A DNA stretch of 64,000 nt from a virus: the IMG/VR virus record IMGVR_UViG_3300027836_000009, positions 1 through 64,000 of that record, one strand, 5' to 3'. The notes beneath the pieces are model-generated. The model ran no database searches. It saw only the letters and a program-made list of their open reading frames with translations, and was not told where the DNA came from. Shown here piece after piece: positions 57,232-64,000 of the stretch. The translations under genes were made by a program, and so were the position numbers. Within the stretch, counting starts at the first letter, position 1, and every line of letters starts with the position of its first letter.

Positions 57232-58059
57232 ATGCCTGAATTAGCAGAAGTAAAAATAATGTCCGACTTCATTAATAATGTTGTCGGCATTGACCCATTT
57301 TTTGAAGTTGTTGAAAAATCAGAAGTTTCAAAAGTAAAAACTGATCTTGATGTTTTTGAAGGAGGAATCTTTGCTATTTCTGCTCAATCACGTGGAAAGG
57401 AATTAATGCTTAATCTTGAACTTGTTGGCGGTGACATTAATGGCGTTTTAATGAAAAGACTATCTTGTTCAATGGGTATGAGCGGTAATTGGATTTACAT
57501 AAAGAAAGATAGTGCAAAATTAGAAACAGCTTTAAAACATGCGCATTTAAGATTCATAAGTACTCGAGGCAATTACTTAATTCTCTATGACGTAAGAAGA
57601 TTCGCAAAGTGGAAATGGGCAGATACTTGGAATAAAGGCAGAGGTAACTGTCCGCTAATTGAATATAATGATTTTAATCTTGTTTTAAGAACAAACATAT
57701 TTAAACATAAAGATTTTAATAAACCTATTTGCGAAGTTTTAATGAATCAGAAATGGTTTAACGGTGTTGGTAATTATTTAAGAGCTGAAATACTTTATCG
57801 GTTAAACATTAATCCTTTTCAGTCCGCCAACCAATTAACAGATCAAGATGTTGATCTTTTATGTACAATTACACATCTTTGTGTTAGAGATGCATATCAA
57901 TTAGGTGGTGGCCAATTAAAAGATTGGTATAATCCTAATGGTATAAGTGGTGATACATTTAAAGAATGGGTTATGTGTTATGGCAAATTAAGTTCAATGG
58001 TTGATAAAACAGGCCGCAAGTTTTGGTATGATCCAAAATGGGAATCTTACCGAGTTTAG
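57232..58059 (+). CDS. Fpg/Nei DNA glycosylase, NEIL1-like
   Basis: MPELAEV, SRGKEL, GMSG, DVRRF, H2TH NGVGNYLRAEILYR, no C4 zinc finger. Confidence 0.92.
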   Translation: MPELAEVKIMSDFINNVVGIDPFFEVVEKSEVSKVKTDLDVFEGGIFAISAQSRGKELMLNLELVGGDINGVLMKRLSCSMGMSGNWIYIKKDSAKLETALKHAHLRFISTRGNYLILYDVRRFAKWKWADTWNKGRGNCPLIEYNDFNLVLRTNIFKHKDFNKPICEVLMNQKWFNGVGNYLRAEILYRLNINPFQSANQLTDQDVDLLCTITHLCVRDAYQLGGGQLKDWYNPNGISGDTFKEWVMCYGKLSSMVDKTGRKFWYDPKWESYRV

Positions 58060-58065
58060 CAATTA

Positions 58066-58073
58066 GATATATA
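58066..58073 (+). promoter_or_regulatory. Putative late promoter, class B
   Basis: GATATATA upstream of a structural operon. Confidence 0.5.
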
Positions 58074-58103
58074 AAACAAATCATAAGAAAATAACTTAGA
58101 AAA

Positions 58104-58919
58104 ATGGCAAACATTTCAATCACGGAATTGTTAGGAGGGGATAATATCGCAGGATCTCGTATAACAATTAACGACAACTTCAAAAAATTAACAAACGCAA
58201 TCAATACTCTTGAAGGACGTTTGGACACTTCTTTTAACCCAGGTGGAGCCTTAAATGTAGGTAACGCAATTATTAAGAAGTACACTAATCCTGCATCAGC
58301 ACAAATATTTACATGTGAAGCTACTGGTTTATTCCAAGGCAATTTAAATGTCGCATTAAGTTTAGGTGTTACGCAAAGTATAACAGTTGCACAAAGCTTA
58401 ACTGTTAATAAAAATATAACTTTTGATGGTTCAGCTGTTGGCGGTGGAACATTAACATCTGCAGTGCCTTCAACTTTTTCTAATGAATTCCGTATTTCAC
58501 AATTAGGAACAGGTGGTTTATTGTTAGATCCACAAACTTTAACAGGAGGCACAACAACAAGAACAATGGCTCCAGGCACGTTAAATAACAGATCAGTGTT
58601 AAGACTTAACTTGTCAGCTTATACTGGTACAGCACCATCTGATTGTGATACTATTAATTTACCAGCAGGTAATTTAGGACAAATTGTAACTATCTTTATA
58701 CAAACACCAATTACATCAGGCATTTCATTAAGTACATTTACAATCGGAACTGCAAATTTAGCAACTTCTGCGCCAATTGAATTTAAAGCAATATCAAGTC
58801 TATCTTTTGCAAGTACAGACGTTAAAAAATTAGCGGTAACGTTATTTTATGATAATTCTGGTTGGAGAGTAATAAGTGCAGCTAATCCAGGTGATAGCGT
58901 ATACTCAATTGAATACTAA
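58104..58919 (+). CDS. Baseplate/fibre-type structural protein
   Basis: N-terminal GDNIAGSRITINDNF (gp9/gp10-like); Thr/Gly/Ser-rich beta structure. Confidence 0.6.
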   Translation: MANISITELLGGDNIAGSRITINDNFKKLTNAINTLEGRLDTSFNPGGALNVGNAIIKKYTNPASAQIFTCEATGLFQGNLNVALSLGVTQSITVAQSLTVNKNITFDGSAVGGGTLTSAVPSTFSNEFRISQLGTGGLLLDPQTLTGGTTTRTMAPGTLNNRSVLRLNLSAYTGTAPSDCDTINLPAGNLGQIVTIFIQTPITSGISLSTFTIGTANLATSAPIEFKAISSLSFASTDVKKLAVTLFYDNSGWRVISAANPGDSVYSIEY

Positions 58920-58936
58920 AAAATTAGAGACCTTAA

Positions 58937-61081
58937 ATGATAGCTCCATTAATTAAACCAATCCGTTTACAGGGTGGTACATTTTATACGTTTTCATCAG
59001 CATCAGAAGATTTAGGACTGTCTTTGAATAATTCGCAAAAGAAATTTAAGTTTTCTACATTTGCGTTATTAAACATACCTGACATAAAATCTTCTCCGTT
59101 AGGTGAAAATAATATAGGCTTGTCAAATACACCTGGCGCGTTTACAGTTATTGACCAAAGCAAGACATTAAATGATTACTTTGCGGAATCATTACAAAAT
59201 TACTGTCTTAACTTAGAATCAATGATCACATCTGATCCTGATTATGATCCAACATTAAGTCGTACAGTTTCTGAACGTGTTTTTTATAAATGGTTAAAGG
59301 AAATTGGAGCAATTCGTTTTCGTGAAGCTAATGCAAGTGAATTAAGTTCAAACATATACGGTTTAAGATGGGTTGAAGAAGATGAAACACCAACTTACAA
59401 AAGAGTTGTAAGATATGTTGGTGATATAAACATCATTAATAGTGTTAGAAATAATTTTAATGCTTTTACTGAAGTTTATATTTACGTTCCTACATCACAT
59501 GGTAACACACCAACTGTATTATTTAATTCAATTAGTGATGCTAATTATGCTCCTAATAAAGTTTTTACAAACACACCCGAAAATCCTTTAGCTGCTGAAT
59601 ACTTAAACGGTAGAGATGCTGCAACTGTTCAGCCTGCAGGTTTAAGTACATTAGCGTTTTTTGACAGTGATACATTTACTTATACAGTTGATGATCCACA
59701 AAGTACATTAGGTGAATACTATTACTATAGTCCTGTTACAAATTCTTACATTCAAGAAGGATTCCCAGGGTTCCAGTGGTGGTTCCCAAATCCAATTGCG
59801 AATACGTATTTCTTAGAGCCTGCTGCATTTGGTGATTCAGCAAATGACAAGTTTAAAATTGAAAGTACTTATAAAATTGTAGAATACACAAGATCACGTC
59901 TCGATGGTATTTCAGTTGAATTTAAAACCGATGTTTATGCAGGAATTAAAGGCGCTATAACAGATTTTGGTACATTTAATGATTCAGCATTAGCACAATC
60001 TTTTGATTTTAATGCTGTACTTATTTATTATGATTTATACGATCCATTAAATCCTAGCGATTCAACAACTAACTTATTTGGAGTTTTATTCCTAGATAAT
60101 GTAGATCCTCTTGCAAGTGGTGGCGGATACATACCAAGATTAACAAAATATAAGCCTAATTCATTAACAGGTGATAACGGTAACTCTTATGCTTACCGAG
60201 TTAACTTGAAGTTTGATTTGAATACTCAAGATACTTCAATTGAGACAAACATTAATAACTATAACCCATTTTCATTACAGCTCTATATGGATGCTTTAAA
60301 TGAAATGAATGCTGCAGTTACAATATTAATGAATAACAATCAGTTAGTTAATGATCTTTATGCTGAATTTCAAAACTTACAAAGTTTAATTTTATCTAAT
60401 GAAACTGCGCAACAGATTGAAGCTCGAATGACAGCTTTAGAAGATAGCATTACAACGAACGCAGGGCTTTACGCAAATACAACAAACATCTTAAACTTAA
60501 TTCAACGAAATTACGAAGAGATAACAAACATTTATAAAAATCAGACAAGTGTTCAAATGTCTTATAACCTGGATCTTTTACAACCAGGTCAAGGTATTTA
60601 TTTAGATAAGAGTCAAGCAGGGACTGTTCAGATTGTGAACACGAATCAGCAATTTAATTTAGGAACTAAACCTCTTGTTTCAATCTTAGATGATTTCTTA
60701 TCAAATCCTAACAGTTATTCATACGTTAAACCACTTATAGATTTTACAAATTATATTAAGATAACAGACGGCACACCAAACAACCCACTTATTGTTGACC
60801 GTGATGTTGTAATGTACATCGATGATACAAATAAAAGTTGGCAAAAAGGCCAAGTATTAAGAATATCTTTTGTTAATGGTATTGACTTAAATAACGCAAA
60901 CGGCAAATTTAACTTTATTGTGTATTCTGATGCAACTGATTACTTGAACACAGGATTCCCTTATTCAGCTGAAATTGGTTTTATTACTTATCTTGATTTT
61001 GAGAATAAAGGAAATTCTCCAATTATTGAACTTGTATGTTTAGATCCTGCGACATTTACGTTTGCAGTTGATATATTCTAA
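58937..61081 (+). CDS. Putative virion structural protein
   Basis: 714 aa; central coiled coil; late operon context. Confidence 0.6.
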   Translation: MIAPLIKPIRLQGGTFYTFSSASEDLGLSLNNSQKKFKFSTFALLNIPDIKSSPLGENNIGLSNTPGAFTVIDQSKTLNDYFAESLQNYCLNLESMITSDPDYDPTLSRTVSERVFYKWLKEIGAIRFREANASELSSNIYGLRWVEEDETPTYKRVVRYVGDINIINSVRNNFNAFTEVYIYVPTSHGNTPTVLFNSISDANYAPNKVFTNTPENPLAAEYLNGRDAATVQPAGLSTLAFFDSDTFTYTVDDPQSTLGEYYYYSPVTNSYIQEGFPGFQWWFPNPIANTYFLEPAAFGDSANDKFKIESTYKIVEYTRSRLDGISVEFKTDVYAGIKGAITDFGTFNDSALAQSFDFNAVLIYYDLYDPLNPSDSTTNLFGVLFLDNVDPLASGGGYIPRLTKYKPNSLTGDNGNSYAYRVNLKFDLNTQDTSIETNINNYNPFSLQLYMDALNEMNAAVTILMNNNQLVNDLYAEFQNLQSLILSNETAQQIEARMTALEDSITTNAGLYANTTNILNLIQRNYEEITNIYKNQTSVQMSYNLDLLQPGQGIYLDKSQAGTVQIVNTNQQFNLGTKPLVSILDDFLSNPNSYSYVKPLIDFTNYIKITDGTPNNPLIVDRDVVMYIDDTNKSWQKGQVLRISFVNGIDLNNANGKFNFIVYSDATDYLNTGFPYSAEIGFITYLDFENKGNSPIIELVCLDPATFTFAVDIF

Positions 61082-61102
61082 TATTCTAAAAAATTAAAAA
61101 AT

Positions 61103-64000
61103 ATGAGCACACCTAATACGACTGAAAATAGTCTTGGCACAATATTAGCTAATTTTATTCGCTTACAAAATAATTCATTAGATACACTGCAGGCAATTCA
61201 AACTGCAACAACTTCTAATGCGGATACTGTAGCTATAACTGTTTCAAACAGCGATGGAACAACTACGTCATACACAATCCCTTCGTTTGGGTATCTTAAA
61301 GGCAGTATTGATAGAATTGATAACACAATTCAAAAACTAACAGGATTTGACGGTAGCGATGCTTATATAAGAATGCCTGATGGAACATTTAAAAGAATTT
61401 ACCAAGCAGCACTTATAAAGAATCCTGCACCAATTGGTAATCTTACAGTTCCGTCAAAATTCATTACTGAAAATAATTATTTCTTTGAGAGTATGTACAC
61501 ACCTGCTCTTAAAGTTAGTTTTGATGTAACGCCTTACATACCACAACAAGAATCAAAAATTTATGCTCAACGATTAATTCTTAATCTTGACGATAAAACG
61601 AAACAAGATTATTTTAACAATAACTTAAAAGGTAAAAATAATCTTGATTATGTGCAGCTTCTTGTTGGCTTACAAAAACAAAACATTAATTATTTTACAG
61701 ACGATGCTGTTCTTGACATGCCTCTTTCAATTGTAAGATATGCCGGTGATTTTTTAGTTGTAAACATACAAGATAGAGAAGTTACAAATCCTGATGGTAG
61801 TACAGGTAAAAAGAGATGGTACTTATTTAATAAGTTATCATATACCGATAATCTTTCGTTAACAAAAGATACGCTTTCATTAAAAATAGGTGATCGCCTT
61901 GTTAAAGGCGAAACGATGTATGAAATAGTAGAAATTGATAATTCAACAAAATACGTTAGAGTTACAAGATTAAATGGATACGACCCTTTTATCGTTGGTG
62001 AACCTGTAGGATTTTATTCTGAAACATTCTCGCCTAAAATTGCTAATGTAGGAATCGGCTTTAACGAATATAATGTTATTTTCTTTAGAACTGTTAATGA
62101 TGAAGAAAACTTAATCTCTACAATTTATTCACCAGGCGTTGCTTTTGCTACTAATGACTTAAGTACTGAAACTGGTGCAGGAACAATGATAATGAAAGAT
62201 TTTTATCAAAAGAATGTTCTTGATTTTGGTAACATTTTATTATCACAAGCAAAAGAAAATAAAATATCAGCAGTTGATGGTATTACACCGATAGCTCCTG
62301 AGTTAGATCCGTCAAACTTTAAAGTTGTTACAATTAACGATCATAAACTTGACCAAGCTGAGATTGACTCAATCAGAAAGAAACAATCTGATAAGGTTAC
62401 ACTTGAGTCTGAGATTACTGAATTAGAAAAATCAATTGATAAAAAGAAAGAAGAACTAAATTCACGTAAGTTTAATTCGGATACTGAACGTCGTGGAGTT
62501 AAAAATGAATTAGATAATTTAATTCGCGAGAAAAGCACAAAATCTTCCCTCTATGCATCTATTGTAAAAGAACTTGCGGTTATTGCTGAACAAAAACCGG
62601 CAGCATTAGACACACCTAAATTTCGTATTAGAGGGTTCTTTAATATGCCTGACCCACAATATAGTGAGAAAACAGGTAACCAAAGTGTAATGCAATTTAG
62701 AATCTATTGGAGATACGTTAGGCCTGATGGAAGTCAAAATAATGTTCAGCAGTTTGACTTTATTGATGCAAATGGACAAATTAAAAAAGGTACTTACTCA
62801 AATTTAAATGAATACACATCAGCTATACGAGCAAAAATATACGATGTAGGCACAGGTAAATACGTATGGGCTTCAGAAGATATTGAAAATCCCGATGCTG
62901 TAAATATTAACCAAATTGATATTCCTATTAGTAAAGGTGAAAAAGTTGAGTTTTATGTAATTTCAGTTTCTGAAGCAGGCTGGCCTGATAACCCTCTTCT
63001 TTCAAATTCTTCTAATGTTATATCAATTGACTTTCCTACTGATCTTGCTACTGAAGATGAAGCAACTATTGCGCTTCAACAAGCAAATGCAGAAGCTGTG
63101 CGAGTTCAACTTAATAATGATTTAGCTGCTAAAGGAATTGATACCCATTTAGAAAGTTCATTCTTTGTCGGCCAAAAATATTATGCTCACAATGCTGAAA
63201 CAGTTTCTTCAGGATATTATACGTCTGAAGGCAATGTTATTACACTTTTACAAAAACTTCAAGAATATGAAATAAGAATTCTTGAATTAGAAAATAGAGC
63301 TAATCGTGTTGCTGGTATTCTTAGCATATATCTGATTGATCCTGATAAGAAAACTAAAACAGCTATTACACGAGGAAGTGTTATTCAACTTTTTGCTGGC
63401 TATTACTTAGATTATGTAACATTATTACCTGTTAATGAGAGACGTGGCGCAATTGTAAATAAGACATACCAAATTTCATTAGAAAACGCTGAGGCAACAC
63501 CTTTACAATTAATTTCAAGATTCCCAGGTGGAATTGGTGCTGCTTTGCCTACTACATTAACAACAGCAAATATTCCTGTGTTCCCTTCAGTACAACCGTT
63601 TGTGTCTCCGTATAATACAACGACTTTATTCCCAACTACTAGTGATAGCGATTATAATAACTTTAGATTATATGACCAAACGCCTATAGTTCAAACTTCT
63701 ATACAAAAAGATGATACAAATAACGGTAACAAGTACGCAACAGCGTTTTATCAAAGCGGCCAATCAAAAGGGCAATACATTTATAGCAGATTTAAAGATG
63801 TAGGACTTGTTAACAATTTATATGAAAATCCAATAACAGGAAGATATTATGTTCCACCAACGCCAACTACGTCAGGTGCCGTTAACGCGGAAACATGGAT
63901 ATGGAATGGAACATATTCATTGACAAATGTCCCTAATGGCGGTTTAGCTGGTGAAATTAGCGATTTTTGTATACATACAGATCACCCAGCAATAAACCCA
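61103..64000 (+). CDS. Large putative structural protein, 3'-truncated (>960 aa; not in the ORF track)
   Basis: ATG at 61103 (MSTPNTTENSLGTILANF...). No closed + strand ORF is listed beyond 61081, consistent with a frame open to the window end. Coiled coil near 62350-62580. Confidence 0.8.
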   Translation, partial: MSTPNTTENSLGTILANFIRLQNNSLDTLQAIQTATTSNADTVAITVSNSDGTTTSYTIPSFGYLKGSIDRIDNTIQKLTGFDGSDAYIRMPDGTFKRIYQAALIKNPAPIGNLTVPSKFITENNYFFESMYTPALKVSFDVTPYIPQQESKIYAQRLILNLDDKTKQDYFNNNLKGKNNLDYVQLLVGLQKQNINYFTDDAVLDMPLSIVRYAGDFLVVNIQDREVTNPDGSTGKKRWYLFNKLSYTDNLSLTKDTLSLKIGDRLVKGETMYEIVEIDNSTKYVRVTRLNGYDPFIVGEPVGFYSETFSPKIANVGIGFNEYNVIFFRTVNDEENLISTIYSPGVAFATNDLSTETGAGTMIMKDFYQKNVLDFGNILLSQAKENKISAVDGITPIAPELDPSNFKVVTINDHKLDQAEIDSIRKKQSDKVTLESEITELEKSIDKKKEELNSRKFNSDTERRGVKNELDNLIREKSTKSSLYASIVKELAVIAEQKPAALDTPKFRIRGFFNMPDPQYSEKTGNQSVMQFRIYWRYVRPDGSQNNVQQFDFIDANGQIKKGTYSNLNEYTSAIRAKIYDVGTGKYVWASEDIENPDAVNINQIDIPISKGEKVEFYVISVSEAGWPDNPLLSNSSNVISIDFPTDLATEDEATIALQQANAEAVRVQLNNDLAAKGIDTHLESSFFVGQKYYAHNAETVSSGYYTSEGNVITLLQKLQEYEIRILELENRANRVAGILSIYLIDPDKKTKTAITRGSVIQLFAGYYLDYVTLLPVNERRGAIVNKTYQISLENAEATPLQLISRFPGGIGAALPTTLTTANIPVFPSVQPFVSPYNTTTLFPTTSDSDYNNFRLYDQTPIVQTSIQKDDTNNGNKYATAFYQSGQSKGQYIYSRFKDVGLVNNLYENPITGRYYVPPTPTTSGAVNAETWIWNGTYSLTNVPNGGLAGEISDFCIHTDHPAINP

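Noticed and set aside
62341-62538. Minus-strand 65-aa ORF and the many other short antisense or alternate-frame ORFs in the track (e.g. 26706-27152, 57971-58579)
   Set aside because: They lie inside longer, motif-bearing + strand genes and have no promoters or recognisable motifs; shadow ORFs.
1-64000. Alternative genetic code (stop-codon reassignment, as in some large Bacteroidota phages)
   Set aside because: Genes are full length and tightly packed under the standard code, and TAG and TGA both end genes at sensible boundaries.
1-64000. Eukaryotic giant-virus origin suggested by SET, NEIL1-like, GT2-TPR and LRR genes
   Set aside because: T4-like baseplate and neck genes, overlapping operonic genes, Rho-independent terminators and bacterial-type promoters indicate a tailed bacteriophage.

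Overview
AT-rich, gene-dense fragment of a large T4-like myovirus genome (jumbo or huge phage), almost all on the + strand, read with the standard genetic code. A TTTG-N20-TAnnTTTG promoter, a DUF4494-like gene and A-rich leaders without Shine-Dalgarno motifs point to a Bacteroidota host (inference). Layout: (1) the end of a BspA-type LRR gene. (2) 1.0-9.8 kb: candidate DNA hypermodification locus with two beta-glucosyltransferase-like GT-B enzymes, a true transaldolase, a HAD/kinase fusion, an NDP-sugar nucleotidyltransferase, a HAD phosphatase, a C5-methyltransferase-like protein, a dNMP kinase and a thymidylate-synthase homologue carrying the dCMP-specificity Asp. (3) 11-17 kb: glycosyltransferase/methyltransferase cluster. 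(4) 17-19.5 kb: host-type promoters, a lytic transglycosylase and a DUF932-like gene. (5) Mainly 19.6-32 kb: 13 otherwise unrelated proteins share an N-terminal peptide resembling the T4 capsid-targeting sequence; cargoes include a nucleotidyltransferase, a PAP2 phosphatase and a nuclease-like protein. (6) 32-54 kb: baseplate/neck module interrupted by S1-domain and amidoligase genes. (7) 54-58 kb: HAD, PhoH, SET, exonuclease and NEIL1-like glycosylase. (8) 58-64 kb: further structural genes, the last running off the window. Three promoter classes, several terminators and one candidate structured RNA are visible. No tRNA, rRNA, CRISPR array, integrase or transposase was seen. All family calls come from motif recognition by eye, not database searches.
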